Shown: piece by piece, positions 28,041 through 42,158 of the stretch
Layout: every line of letters begins with the position of its first letter
Position numbering within the stretch: position 1 is the stretch's first letter
From: the human T2T-CHM13v2.0 reference genome, Homo sapiens
Assembly (NCBI GenBank): GCA_009914755.4
Contig: CP068257.2
Span: 2,240,001 to 2,304,000, forward strand
Direction of reading: 5' to 3'
DNA length: 64,000 nt
Position numbers and translations under genes: made by a program
The notes under the pieces: model-generated
Seen by the model: only the letters and a program-made list of their open reading frames with translations
Databases searched by the model: none
What the model was told of the DNA's origin: nothing

Positions 28041-28135
28041 TGGCCAGACTGGTCTTGAACTCCTGACCTCATGATCTTCCTGCCTTGGCCTCCCAAAGTG
28101 CTGGGATTACAGGTGTGGCCACCATGCCTGGTGGC
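28040..28135 (-). mobile_element. Partial Alu (about 95 bp)
   Basis: ggccagactggtcttgaactcctgacctcatgatcttcctgccttggcctcccaaagtgctgggattacaggtgtggccaccatgcctgg. Confidence 0.8.
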
Positions 28136-28499
28136 TATTTCTCTTTTTAAATTCTCTCAGGACTCCTAAAATCTCAAAACTTTGACCTAGATTCCCTAAT
28201 CTACATTTCCAGCTCTGACCATTTTCTTGAGGTCTCTTCCTTCTAGTACCCATATTATAGAAAATATTCTCAACCACATGCTCATACATTGCTAATTGGT
28301 GCAGATTACTTTTGTAGATAGTGAATGTTGTCTATTTTATGTTGGTTCTCATTAATGTTACTTTGAGTATACTGTTATTTTCTAATCTCAAAGGGGGACT
28401 ATCTCACTGTTATGATACTAACCAGTATACTTTGTCCTTTTTTTCTTGCTTTCTTCTTTTTTGGACCAGTATACTTTGTCCCTTTTTTTGTTTTTCTTT

Positions 28500-28823
<324 letters not shown>

Positions 28824-29214
28824 TGAGAATCATATTATCAATTGTTTGCCTTTGTTTTCTTTTAAAGAAATTCCTTTTCCATAGAGATATGGCATGATGA
28901 AAGTCTTGTTCTAAAGTTTCTTTTGGGGGACATTTAACTATGTCATTGGGAAGCTTCAGTAAGTAGAGATCTCCCTTCTTCTCACTCAAGATTCTTCATC
29001 TCAAAATGGTGTCCACCAAATGTCTTAATCCAGTTAGTCTTTTGTGTAGAAATTCATGAAATAAGAACCTTCTTGAGAAGTTGGAGGCTAGTGATTGAGA
29101 TGGTTTAACGCTGCCCCTTATTATATGTTTTACTCCCAAGGTAGACATCAAAGTGGCTAATAATTCTATGACTGATGTCTAACTCACTTCTAAGGGAATC
29201 TATACAAAACGTTT

Positions 29215-29490
29215 TATTTATGAGACAGAGTCTCCCTCTGTTACCCAGCCTGGAGCGCAGCGGCTTGATCACTGTTCACTACAGCCTCAATATTCCAAGC
29301 TCAAACGACCCTCCTACCACAGCCTCCCAATGTAGCTGGGACTACAGGCGTGCACCACCATGCCTCAGATAAGTGTTTAATTTTTTTTTTTTTTTTTTTT
29401 TTTTTTAGAGACAGGGTCTCACTATATTGCTCTGGCTGGTCTCAAACTCATGGGCTCAAACGATCCTCCTGCTTCAGCCTTCCAAAACCA
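29215..29490 (-). mobile_element. Alu-derived monomer fragments separated by a 28-nt poly-T
   Basis: tgagacagagtctccctctgttacccagcctggagcgcagcggc…; …agagacagggtctcactatattgctctggctggtctcaaactcatgggctcaaacgatcctcctgc. Confidence 0.7.
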
Positions 29491-30639
29491 GGTGTTTAAC
29501 TGGGGACTAACATGAAACACTTAGAAGACTACGTGGAACATAGTGAGCTACATAAAATATTTGCTATTAGCATAATAATTTTATTGTATATCTTAACAAA
29601 ATTGTGTATTTTAGGCAGGTGGCATGCCAATGGAAGTACTCTCCTATAGCTGCACTGAATCATTCTTACCACTGAGAGTTGCAGCAAATGGGGGACATAA
29701 TTTATAACTTACTTTTCTCTCTGTATGACTCATTAGGCAATGACTATGTATGTACTACAATGTAAACAGCACCTCCTGGATTGAATAGTACATAACTGAC
29801 ATGACCAGCAGAGACAGGCTAAAGACACTGAGCTGAAAACCCTGGACTCTATTGCTAAATCAAGGCTCCTGAATCCGTTTCCTCTGAGCAACTGTTGCTG
29901 TGATGCTGCCTTCACAAGCACTCTGCTGAGCACTCAGATTGAGGGGCTGTGCTATCCGTCATCGGACAAGCTGCACCCAGAACTGTTCAGCTGACAAACT
30001 GGTAGCAGTCCAGAAACACAGTTCTGCTGCATAGTGAAAAAAGGCCAATTTAGATTATTTTTCATAGAGAGAAAAACATAAACATGTGATTGAACGAGTC
30101 TCCTGTATTAGACTAATTGGGTTGGCTTTGATATTTAATTGCTAAAAACACACTTAGAATACAAACCTTACTGTGTCAAGGTCTCAAAGAAGAAATAATT
30201 GGTATGGTATAAAGTATTGAATTGTATGCTACAAACTTCTAAGCTAAAATATTTTCAATGTATGCAAGGATAGGTGGCATACATATTATATATTATTCCC
30301 CCATTAAGCAAATTTATAATGAGAGAAAACTATCTTCCATAAAAAAATAAAAGCCATGTAAAATTAAGAACTAAGTTTTTCTGCACAGACTAGACAACGA
30401 TTGCTAACACATGAGGTCAATGAGAGAACAATCAGAGAAAGCTTCATGAAAACAATAAATTGTCTGCCACGTCTGAGTGAATGAGGCTAGATGAATAGAA
30501 ACTGAGAAGGCAGAAAGGATAGCATGAGCAAGACAAGTGCTGAAATCTGCCCAATTAACTCTGAGGATAAAGTCCAATGGCAGAGAAATAAAAACGCTTG
30601 TCCACATAATAACCTGTAAGTGAATGTTCGCAGCAGCAT

Positions 30640-31100
30640 TTTTCATAAGAGCTAAACAGTGGAAACTAACCTAAAGGTCCATCAACCGATGAATGAATGG
30701 AAAACCAGTATAGACATGGAATAGAATATCACTTAACTATAAGAAGAAATAAACTACCAATGTGTGCTAAAACATTATGCTAAGTGAATTCTGAAAACAT
30801 TATGCTAAGTGAAAAAGCCAGTCACAAAGGACTACGTATTGTATAATTCTATGTATATGAAATAAGCAGAACAGGTAAACATATGGAGACAAAAGTAGAT
30901 AGATGGTGGTTGCCTACAACAGAGGTAGGTGGAGGGACATGGAGGAAGGCTGCAGTCATGCCTAGGAGATGTGGGGTTGCTTTTCAGGTGATGAAAATGC
31001 TGTGAATATACTAATAGATACTCAGTTGTACATTTTAAATGGTTGAACTCTCTCAAATGTGAATGATATCTCAGTGAAACTGTCTTTAAAATCCAAAGGC
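30640..31100 (+). mobile_element. Old LINE-1 (L1M-type) 3'-end fragment
   Basis: …gctaaacagtggaaactaacctaaaggtccatcaaccgatgaatgaatgg…ggtgatgaaaatgctgtgaatatactaatagatactcagttgtacattttaaatggttgaactc…. Confidence 0.65.
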
Positions 31101-33432
31101 AGGATCAAGATAATTTTCTCAACTCTCAATTTTTGATGTACATGTTATCTCAAATTTAAATATTTCCACAGTTTTATAGTATATTTTAAATAAAAGATAA
31201 AGAAAATGCCTAACTTTTCAAATAGTTTGTAAATTAACCTAAAACATGCACTTTTAAAAGAATAGTATAATGGCCTTTCTGTACAAGTTAACCTAGAATC
31301 TGTGAAATAAATAGACACAGATTCTGTGTCCACTCACAAAAGTGAAGAAATAAGACAATTTTCTGGAACATTCCATGAAACATTCTTCTCTGATTTAATC
31401 TGGCCTGCCTCATCAGAGCAATACAAAAATTACTTAAAAATACTGTTTTAACAGGACAACAGTCAGTTTTCTATGAGGAATGATGTATAATTCTCAACTT
31501 TTCCAAGGGTACATATTGTAAGAGAAAAGGTATGCAATGGTTTTTCAAAATGGTAGAATGAAAGTCACTATATAAAAAAATAAGTACATTATAGAGATAG
31601 TAAAATGGAAATAATTCATTGTAATGAAAATAAAAAATCAAGCTTCTGCCATAATTAGTGTCCTAAAACATGTTATGTAATTCAACTAGCTACAGAATAA
31701 CCGTTGACATGCTAAGTTCCATACATACTTGACTTTCCACTTGAAATAATTTCTTCTTTGGGACCTGTGTCTCATCCAAATTAATGTGATAATGTGATAT
31801 ACTTCCAGTGGAGACTCTAACATAGTTAATTTTTTTAGGCTGTCAGCTGCTTCTTGCAGAAGTTGTCTCACAACCACCTGAGAAAATAGTTTTGTTACTG
31901 ATTTTATAAATTGCCTTATTATTAAATTATGTTAATAATATTTAACTCTAACATACGTACTTTGAAAATTATCACCACACATATCGATTCACCTTCTTTT
32001 AATCACATGTACACATTTTTATTTATTACTGAATTCAGTGAGGGATGCACAATATGTTCTCTTCCTGCCAAATTGGTATTCTCTTACTTACATAACAGAT
32101 TCATCCCACCATTCAATCATCTTAGAAGCTCAACTCAACCTCAAAGTTCCTCACATATTCAATCACCTGTTCAAATCCTTCCAACAGATTCCTATCTCAG
32201 AATAAAAGTAAAATTCCAATGGCCTTTGAGGTCCTAGGTAAACAGGTCTCTACCTCCCTCTCTGACTTCAAAGCTCCTACAACTCCCTCCTGTAATTACT
32301 CCATTCCCACTGTATGTGAAGCCTGCCACCCCTCAGTCTGAAAATAGGGATCTAATGCCTTACTCATAAATCACAGGCAGCTACAAGTATCTTTGTACTG
32401 AACAAAATTATATTCCAATGATAGCCATTGAGCCTTGAAATAAAAATTAGGAGCTAATTATTAATATAAATATTCAAAGTAAACTATAAATACCAGTGGG
32501 AAGACTAAACCAAATATACTTTTGCTAAATATTACCACATGTATCCTAAATTATGATTTTATAACAAGTAGGTGCCTTTAAAACATTACATAGTCATAAA
32601 AATTTGTAATTTGACATATTTTCAGATTTGTTAAATTAATATGATTAATAACAAAGATATACCAACTAAAATACATAAAAAGCTACTTAAAGCAAGGTAT
32701 TACAAGACACAGCAATACACTTCAGTTCATCTGGGAAATCTAGAATTAAGTGTCAAAGAAAATCAATTAAATTTTAATTTGAAAATACTCATTTCAGGTG
32801 TAAACATTTCCATTTATACTTACATTATGGACTTAACATGTGGCAACATAAAGTCATTAAAATTATTATTTCACCAGTACAGAACTATCTACCTTAAAAT
32901 ATGACTCTGTGCCTAATAAAATTTCATAGGTGACACAATGTCTTTTCTCAAAGTAAATCATCTCTCACCTCTACCTTTTATTTCCTAGAAATGGGGCACG
33001 TTTCTAAGCTGGTATAGTAAACACGGTTTTCCTTTTTTTTTTATTAAAACAGCTTTGTTGAAATATAATTTACATACTATAGAATGTATCTGTTTTAACT
33101 TAAAGTTAAAAGATTTTTTAGTCCATTTACTGAGTTGTGCAGCCATCTCTACAATCCAACTTTACAGCATTTCCATCACTGCAAGATCCCTCACGCCCAT
33201 TAGCAGTCACTACCAGCTTTCAGCCCCAACCCTTTGCAAACATTAGTCTACTTTTTGTCCCTATACGTTTATCTTTTCTGGATGCTTCATGTAAATGGAA
33301 TTATACAGTATGGTAAACACACTTTTTATCCATTGATTTTTATATTCAACTAAGTTCAACATGTATCCAGAACCAAATGTTTTAAATTTTCTTTCTAAAA
33401 GTTTGAAAATATTTATCTTCCTTGATACTTAC

Positions 33433-34351
33433 TACTCTTTCTGCTTTCTCTCTCTCATATTGAAAGAGACTTTCTTTTAAATGATCACATTCATTCATTA
33501 GCTTCTTATTTTTCTCTTCTAGCATGTGGTCTTTCTTTCCACTCTCAATAAAGCCTCTTTGGATATTAGTTACTCTCTCTTTATGATCCTCTTTCTGATG
33601 AACATCATCTAGTTGCTGTTCAATGCACGGATTTTCATGTTGGAGTTGACATATCCTCTCTTCTACACAGCTCCACTTTCCAGTGGAATTATTCACTTTA
33701 GCTTCTGCATTTTCATACATCTCTTTCATTTCCTTTGTTTGCTGCTGTGTTTGGCTTAGGTCGTTTGGAGAGTTTCTAAAGCCAATGACTTTTTTCTGAG
33801 AGTATCTCTTTTCTTACGGAACTTATCTTTTAAGGTATTGAATTTAATTTGCTTTTTAGAAAGTTGCTCAGTAAGAAACTCATTCTTATCTTCTACTTCG
33901 GAAATATCAGAACTCATTTTTACTTGTACGGAAACATCTTGTGTTCACTCTAATGCAAGTTTTAGGTTTCTTTCTGTTTTCACACTTTCACTGTACTTAC
34001 TTATAGCAGCAGTCAGTCTAGACTGATGATTCAATTTCAGCTTCCAGTCTTTTGTTGCTTTCTTCTTCCTTCAACAGTTCGGAATTGAGCCTTGTATTCT
34101 CAGCTTTGAGATCATTAAGCTCTTGTTGATACCGGAATGCTGTTTTTGTTATCAATTCCTCACTGAGTTTTATATACTTTTCAAGGGCAGCATTTGTTTT
34201 TTTAACAATTTTAGCGTCCTTAAGATATTTATTTTCTTTTTCCAGGTTGTCATTTTTCATGTGCATATTTCCTGTCGGAGTATAGCAATATCTGTCTTCA
34301 AAATGCAATTTTCATCCATCAGATCTTTCATTTCTTCCTGATTATGAAAAT
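33433..34351 (-). pseudogene. ANKRD26/ANKRD30-family large coiled-coil exon (about 920 nt), disrupted. Its translation needs three frame changes and contains one in-frame TGA. The reading frames give DFHNQEEMKDLMDENCILKTDIAILRQEICT / MKNDNLEKENKYLKD…AFRYQQELNDLKAENTRLNSELLKEEESNKRLEAEIES / (Y)QSRLTAAISKYSESVKTERNLKLALE*TQDVSVQVKMSSDISEVEDKNEFLTEQLSKKQIKFNTLKDKFRKKRDTLRKKSLALETLQ / LSQTQQQTKEMKEMYENAEAKVNNSTGKWSCVEERICQLQHENPCIEQQLDDVHQKEDHKERVTNIQRGFIESGKKDHMLEEKNKKLMNECDHLKESLFQYEREKAERVV.
   Basis: The acceptor is ttttatttag|GAT (+34352-34353). A candidate donor gtaagt lies at +33427-33432. Alternatively the frame reads through to TAA at 33382. The collinear coiled-coil homology stays continuous across frame changes near 34270, 34020 and 33750, and a CGA-to-TGA-type stop lies near 33930. 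Six-frame ORFs 34018-34308 and 33382-33729 are pieces of it. Confidence 0.7.
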
Positions 34352-34561
34352 CCTAAATAAAACAAAAGAAAGTTTTAGCTAGTACTCAATAAAATATCAT
34401 GATTACCTCTGAAGTTAAAGAATAACCTGCACATCCATATACTAAAAAGATTACTGTAAGTGGATATCCAACTGGAGAAAAAGTTGAAGCAAAACTTTGT
34501 ACTTTATAGAGCATAAGTTCCAAAAAGTTCAGAAATTTATTTAAAGTCAATGAATTTATAA

Positions 34562-34590
34562 AAGTAAACACACACACACACACGCACACC
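34562..34590. repeat. (CA)n microsatellite
   Basis: acacacacacacacgcacacc. Confidence 0.9.
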
Positions 34591-35504
34591 AGAGAATTTT
34601 TAAGAATTTCAGAATTGGAAAAGCCTTTCCCTGAATTACAACAAACTCAAAAGCATAAATTAAAGCATTAACAAATTTGACTAAATTAAAATATATCAAA
34701 AATTGCATTTACACTTTGATATCTAACCCATACACCACCCTATAGTAAGAACCTTATTTCACACATATTTGGACAGATAAAATTTCCCAGAGTTATTACA
34801 GTTCTGTTTCACTGATAACATTCTATTTTAATTTGACTCTTTTAACACTTTTATAGTCAGTTGAAAGAATTACATTTACTAAATCATAAATCTAGACATT
34901 ATACTAGTCACTCCTATATACATTCATTGATGAACTCATCTAGTTACCACAAATTTGAAAAAGAAATGTTAAAAATATAAGCAAGCTACAGGATTTTCCC
35001 CAGGACTTCTTACTCTACTTCTAGTTCTCTGACAGATCACAGTTACTTCTGTGGTGTAAATGTATCAATACGAAAGAAAACTTTTATTTCAAAACACCAA
35101 TGGTAAATAAGATAAAATTTATAGAGCTCTTCTTAGAATATCATGAGATTATTTGTGATTGCAATAATTTGTTTCCTCTTTATAGTATTAGGTACAGTAA
35201 TCAATATGAAATGGCGGGAAGTACAAGGAACAATTTTACTGGGAACAAAATCTTTATCAATAGGTTATCACTAAGTATATATTATGGCATATTATTGTTT
35301 TCAAAAGCTCTTTGTAATAAAATAATATCCTATGTGGATGCCAAGATTTATAATAAAAATAATTGTACCTGTAAGTGTCATCATTCATTTTTTAAAAATG
35401 AGATAACATTTCTGGTTTGTTTTAGACCAAAATATTATATATTAAATCAAGAGGATATTATAAGTAACATTGATAAAATAAAGTTTAAAATATAGAATTT
35501 TTAC

Positions 35505-35699
35505 CAAAGATTGATTTATCTGATTTGGAGTATTTCTTGTAGTCTTCGGTTTCATCTCTAGTGATTCAATAGTTGGTTCAAGTTGTTTTGCTTCAACTTC
35601 TTTCTTATATTGTTTCTCTTTCCTTTCTAATTCTTCTCTATTTTTTTGTACAGCATATTAACATTTGTTTTTTCTTCACTTTCTTGTCTTAAGATGCAT
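35505..35699 (-). pseudogene. ANKRD26/ANKRD30-family exon. It reads …CILRQESEEKTNVNMLYKK, has a 1-nt frameshift in an A7 run, then reads NREELERKEKQYKKEVEAKQLEPTIESLEMKPKTTRNTPNQINQSL.
   Basis: The acceptor is tctttgtctgcag| (+35700-35701) and the donor is CTTTG|gtaaaa (+35503-35504). It is homologous to the ANKRD30A segment …NQEEEKRRNADILNEKIREELGRIEEQHRKELEVKQQLEQ…. Keeping the frame would need one extra nucleotide in the poly-A run. Confidence 0.6.
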
Positions 35700-36745
35700 C
35701 TGCAGACAAAGACATTTATCTTAAAATTCATTTTGTTAAAAAATAAAGAGATCATCCTGTGATCTACCTCTGCAGATGCTCTTTATCATCCTAGTAAAAT
35801 TTCTATGTTCTGGATTATTTTTCCTTTGTAGTTCTCAAATATTTAATTTCTCACTTCAACATCTTCAAACGAATGCATATACTTGAAAAGTAGTAAGGAA
35901 AGAATATTCTGCTAAAGTTTTTATTACTAGTCACTCTAGTATGTATTATACAAAAAGATACTGGAAATAATTCAGTATAGTTAGAAGTTCAAAACTACCT
36001 TTTCAAATCACACAGTCATAATTACTACCTGATTAGAAAAGGTCATTTACAATCAACTAAATTTTTAAAGTTACTATTTATTGACAAGCGTATAAGTTCA
36101 CTAGAAATAAGTTTTCATCTCTATGAAATATTGCAGGTGTCTCTCCAAATGATTTACAGAGTAAGATGTCTCTCACACAAACTATATCTGCAGATTATTG
36201 TCATCTAAAACTAGGCTAAAGAGTCTAACATCTGTTACCCCACACTTTTTCTAATTCTTTCTTAATACTTCCAATTCACCTTCTTATTACATATATTTTA
36301 TATATTTATTAAGCTATTGTTCATTATGTGTAATATATAATTAATGCCCTTAATAAGTGTGTGTATGTTTACACAAGTTATGTTTTCCTGTGAAATCTAG
36401 TCCCAGAAGTGGAGTTGTTGAGTTAAAGGGATGTCAGGTTATTTGAAATTTTGATAAACAGCACTAAGTTACCCTTCAGAAATAATTTACCAATTTCATA
36501 TACCAACAGTGTATGAGAATGCCTTTTTCCTCTCATTTTCAATGGTAGGAATTACTTTTTCAATATCAGCATGACTTTACAAAATATATCTTATTTTATG
36601 TTAATTTGCATTTTTCTGATTACCAGGCAGGGCTAAATATCCCTGGTAAAACTATAAAACTTTTTAATCATAATGAACATTAGTCCAATTTTGAATTAGT
36701 TTATAGCACAATGACAATTATCTGCTGAGAAATACTGCTATAGGT

Positions 36746-37047
<302 letters not shown>

Positions 37048-37066
37048 CTGCTATAGGCTTACTTAC

Positions 37067-37231
37067 CTATCATGCTCTTCCTTCAGTTTCTTGGGAAATT
37101 GCTGAGGATACGTTTTCCCAATCTTTCTTTCTTTGGTTAATCTGTCAGCAGCAGCAGAAGATGTACTATGACATACATTTTTCTGATAGTTGTATTTTTT
37201 CACTTTTGTTTGTATTATTTCCTTCTTTGAC
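37067..37231 (-). pseudogene. ANKRD26/ANKRD30-family exon (165 nt), open in this copy. It encodes SKKEIIQTKVKKYNYQKNVCHSTSSAAADRLTKERKIGKTYPQQFPKKLKEEHDR.
   Basis: The acceptor is ttttacttttattaaag| (an aag-type acceptor) and the donor is GATAG|gtaagtaagc, which is a strong site. Its C-terminal …EEHDR joins the next exon (…ILRQESEEK…), as in ANKRD26 (…EEHDRHLRQENEEK…). Confidence 0.55.
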
Positions 37232-40200
37232 CTTTAATAAAAGTAATATGAATATTAATTATTATTTTATTCAATAAAAAAACTTTTTCCCTGATTTTTT
37301 AACTTGATTCAGGTTAACTATCACCATTTTAATGATAAAAGTATTTTGTGCTTACTTTAATTTTATCATTATACATAATAATTATAAGATACTCATCATT
37401 TTATCATTGAAATTTTTGTCAAGTCTGCTCATTTCTGTTTGAGTGAATGGAAGAATTTTCCAAAATTTCAAAAAGGACTCTTCTCCATTTTTTGCTTTTA
37501 TTCGCATCCACTCTTTGCTATCTGATATAAATGTTTATGCTAGTTGACTGGCAGAAACAGAGAAATAAAAACACACAGGCATAACATATATCTTCTGTCA
37601 TTGCCACATGGATTTTACATGAAGTAGCCAGATTAAGAGGATGTAACCTTGTAGGCCTTCAAGAACAGTAAAGAAGTTTTCCCTTTTCTGCACTGAGCTA
37701 TTCTTTTCCCCACTGCCTTTTATCTCTTTTTTTTTTTTTTGAATCCTGGGATATCAAAAAAGTGAAAGTTCTCCCTGAACTATGGGAACCAATGTTTGTT
37801 TGCCACAACACAAGAAGCAGAGTGAAACTGCTGAGTTTCTAGTGCAGAATTCTGGAAAACGAGATGCTTCCCAGATTTCACATTCAATTACCACAAATGT
37901 TTATAGGTGGAACACATATGGTACAGTTATCTACTTAAGCCATATTATCTACTGAAAACGGGAGTCAAACCAACCAAGACATATGAAATGTTTCATCCAG
38001 AGCTCTTGAGGCGGCATTCCCTAGCATTTCATGGCACCAAATAACATGATACAATTCCATGTTGCTGAATTACATAAATTACCAGATAAATTTATCAAAT
38101 TAGTCAGATATATTAAAAGTCTAACTTGAGCAAAGCAATTTAACACCTCAGAGGGTGGAAAAAGGCCTCATCTACTTTTACTTTGAAAGAAGAAAATCTC
38201 TAGATTTTTGTCTATCTTTAGAACACAGGGTACAGAACTCAACTTTCTACTAAAGAGTCAAAGGTTAAATTTTTAGCTAAGAAATTATGCTTCTTACATG
38301 ATAAAAATCATACATGCCAAAACTTACCATACTTTATTAAACAACATAATGTAAGGTCTGATTCAACAGAAATATTGGAGTGGTGATTTTTTAAAATATG
38401 TGGAAGTATATATTTGTTTTCAAAATATTAGAAATAACCATGATGGAACTATAAATTCAAACAGTTTGAGCTAAGCAGATAAACTTGCATGCATGAAAAC
38501 ACATTAAACAGACTCATTTGGCTGGGAATATTCATTGCAACTCTCAAGGCTAGAAGTGTTTTTGTGACTCATCTCAGTCATTGCTTCCCTCCCATTGTAT
38601 TCCCATTCTATCATTAAATAAATGTAATTCATCTCTAAATGACTATAGTAAAAAGAATCTAGAATCTAAAACTTATTTCTTTAGCAATTTCTTTATGTTG
38701 ATCTGGTTCAGAAGGTCACATGGTATATGGCTGAATTAGTTTCCCAGCTCATATGCCACTTGGAAGACTGAGAGTGAGAATTAGGTTGATTAATGAACAA
38801 ACATTATGAGAACATTCTCCAGAACCGTTGTTTAGATAGCAGGACTAGTCTACTTTGACACATAATTACACATTTAGAAAACCCCGCTGTAACTGTACAC
38901 ATGGGATTTTCTTGAATAGAAAATTTGACTAAATCAAATAATTGATAAAGAGAAAAAAGAAGCAGCAAGTGAACCTCTGTCTTTTTGAAGTTGGACTTTC
39001 TCTTTCTCCAAAGCCAGGAACTCTACTTGTAACATGCCTACCTCATTCTTTTTACTATTATTATACTTTAAATTCTGGTACATGTGCACAATGTGCAGGT
39101 TTGTTACATATGTATACATGTGCTATGTTAGTGACCTTGAAATATCTTGCTGTAAGTTTCTAGCTATATTTTTGATGTTCTCTCACTATGTGGCAAAGAA
39201 TAACCCGGATTTTATAATTCAAGATTCATGGTTTTGTAGTTATTAACACTGGGATTGTCATTCAGTGGCTTCTGGAATAAGCATTGTGTTGGTTTTCTGT
39301 TTTTATAAGTATCTGTAGCAGCAGAAATACTGTGGCTTTCTATCTGAATCATATGCTTCATTTCTTTGGGGTGGGTAAACCACAAATCAAAAAGACTTTC
39401 TGGATCTCTAGACTGAGACCAATGCCTAATGTCTAATTTCCAATTAGTGGTATTTGGGTTTATATATTTTTCCATTTGCATGTCAAACTCTTAATCATCT
39501 TTCATTTCAATCATAATTACTGGGTTCCTTACTTTTTCAGTTTCTATATCATAACAAAAATTTTCATCATCTGTGTTAGAAACAAGCTGTGTGTCTGGTT
39601 TGTTATCATTTTTATAGTCTGATTTATTTTAATTTGAATGAAGCTTAGAAGATGACTGGTAAGTGTATTTCAGGGACCTGGAGTGTGAATGGAATAAAAA
39701 GACATTTGACATGGGCTTCCTCTGTTCAGGCGCTGCCTGGACTGCCACAGAGCTAGACCCTCCAGATACATTTTTCTCCTCACAATCAGGGACATGATTC
39801 ATCAGACTAGAGGGCACTCCTTTTTTGTTCATCCCTCTTTAGAGTTACCATGTAGGAGCTCTTCCTCAGGGCAAGCAGTAATTTTGGAGTTTTCAGAACT
39901 TTTACCAATATTCAGCTTGAACTTGTTTGTAATGAATTTTAAAGAAAGTCATGAATATATAGATTGATTCCCCTTATCACTGTTCTTACCCAGTTCTGAT
40001 TCTTGAGACTTTTTTTGGTGGAGGGCAGGTGCAAAATGGAAAACAAATTTGCTTGTTTTGTTTCTCAGATGTCTTTTCTGTCAGAGTGCATGTTTTAAAA
40101 TTAGCTTTAATCAAGTATAAACAAAGAAATATTAGAAAATAATTAAAATTTAACTGTGAAACTTAATCTATGTGTTGCTACTCTTAAATTATGGGATTGT

Positions 40201-41279
40201 AACTAAAAAGTGAAAAATAATTTGCCTTGGCTTAACATAGGACAGAAACATGAACCAGCAAGCTGAACTCTCAGTGTCTGTTTGGACTAAACTTAATGCA
40301 TTTGTGTAAAATCTACCAGAAATGAATTCAAAGATGATAGGTAGTATTATAAAAGCTTCCTCTCTTACAAAGACTTTACCTCAGCATACCAGAAAGAGTG
40401 AGCCCCTACAGTGCATGTTTATTTCTGAAGATTAACTAGAGCACTAGGCAAACACTAAATTATTAAGAGCTAAACTGAACACCAATAAGAAAGAGAAGCA
40501 AAATTTTAAATTCTAATTCAAATGATATACTATGATAGTGTTATGTATCTAGATAGAATTTCTGCTTATATCCGCTTCTAATATATTTTAAGTTCCGGTA
40601 GTGATAGGGTTTGGATTTTTTAAATTTTAGTAATGTTTACTATGTATTTATGTTGAAATAAAGTTATTGTTCACACCCTGACACCAAAGATCCCATTCTG
40701 CAAGGTAGGATTCTCTTAATAGGCAACTGCATTGACTTTTATGACCCCATTCACTCCCTGAACACAGACACAGAAGTCAACTGGTGACCACAAAACAGAA
40801 TAAATCTTTAACCTCGGCACTGGTGACCAGCAATATAAAACTGCAACGTTTGAAGCACTGGCAATGATGACTCCTTTAACACTAGTTTAACTCAGTGGCC
40901 ATTGTTGTTAAACTGTTCATAATTTCTATTCCTCAGTAATATGACCCAATACTTCATGTTACCTTGTGTATTATGAGTAAGGTTATATAAATAAAACAGC
41001 AAGATAATTCTGAAAATTTCTTGCCTCAATTCCAAGGGTAAAGACAGCTATGAGTTACTAGAGATACTAAGAATTACTAGAATAACTAATAGTTACTAGA
41101 GATAGTAAGAATATCTTAAGTTTCATAACTGGTTAAGATGTTTTAAAAATTACATATAAAATTATGATCTATTGGATTCTAAAGGTATAGTCTGAAAGGT
41201 CATGTCATTTGGACTATGCTTTGTTAGTAAAGCAAAAAATAAAACCTAATATTAAACAAGAACTTACATTTTCATATAC

Positions 41280-41335
41280 CTGTGATTGCTTCTTTTCACT
41301 TCTTTCACACCTTTCTTGCTCTTCCTCTAAAGCCA
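41280..41335 (-). pseudogene. Candidate upstream exon (56 nt) of the same minus-strand gene, encoding ALEEEQERCERSEKKQSQ
   Basis: The acceptor is aaccttaccag| and the donor is CACAG|gtatatg, with an open frame. Assigning it to the ANKRD30-like gene is an inference from strand, order and amino-acid composition. Confidence 0.4.
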
Positions 41336-41865
41336 CTGGTAAGGTTTGTTCTGTTGACAAATTCATTGATTTAGTTCAAATGAACTAAGAAGAGTTAAAG
41401 ACTATAATCTTTATAAAAATAAATAGAGAATAACATTTCTTTGTATTTTATATTTTGAGAGTTTGAATGAAACAATGTTTACTGAAATATTTACTTCTGT
41501 AAGAAATACTTCTAATTATCCAAAACTTCAACAAACCACTTGGGGAGACACCAGATATCACCAGATTCAAGCCATGCAAAATCTCAGGGTCACTCACAAA
41601 TTGTTCCACCCAACATAAGTCAACAAAACTGTTAGAAACAAAACAGAAATTTGAAATACAGTCAAAATATACAATGTAATGCTTTACTATACTTCATAAC
41701 AGTATCTTTTTAACAAGACACTAATTGAGTTGGCAGTTACTAATAATTTGCAAAATTATTGTTCTTTATACCTCAATTAGTGTGCACCCCATTTTTTACA
41801 TCACAAATGTTTTCCCCTGCTATTCTGAAAAATTTATTTTCATCTTTTAAGACTCAGAAAGTAGG

Positions 41866-42158
41866 CTGGGCATAATAGCTCACATCTGTAATCCCAGCAC
41901 TTTGGAAGGCCAAAATGGGAGAATTGCTCAAGGCCAAGAGTTTAAGACCAGCCTGGGAACCATAGGTAACCTTGACTCTACAAAAAATTAGACAGGTATG
42001 GTGATATGTTCCTGTTGTCCCCGCTACTCAAGAAGCTTAGATGAGAAGATCCCTCGAGCCCAGGAGTCTGAGGTTTCAGTGAGTCTCAATCATGTCATTG
42101 CACTCCAATCCTGGGTGATAGAGTAAGAACTTGTCTCCAAAAAGAGGAAAAAAAAAAG
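41866..42158 (+). mobile_element. Alu SINE (AluJ-like)
   Basis: ggctgggcataatagctcacatctgtaatcccagcactttggaaggcc…gagtaagaacttgtctccaaaaagaggaaaaaaaaaagg. Confidence 0.85.
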
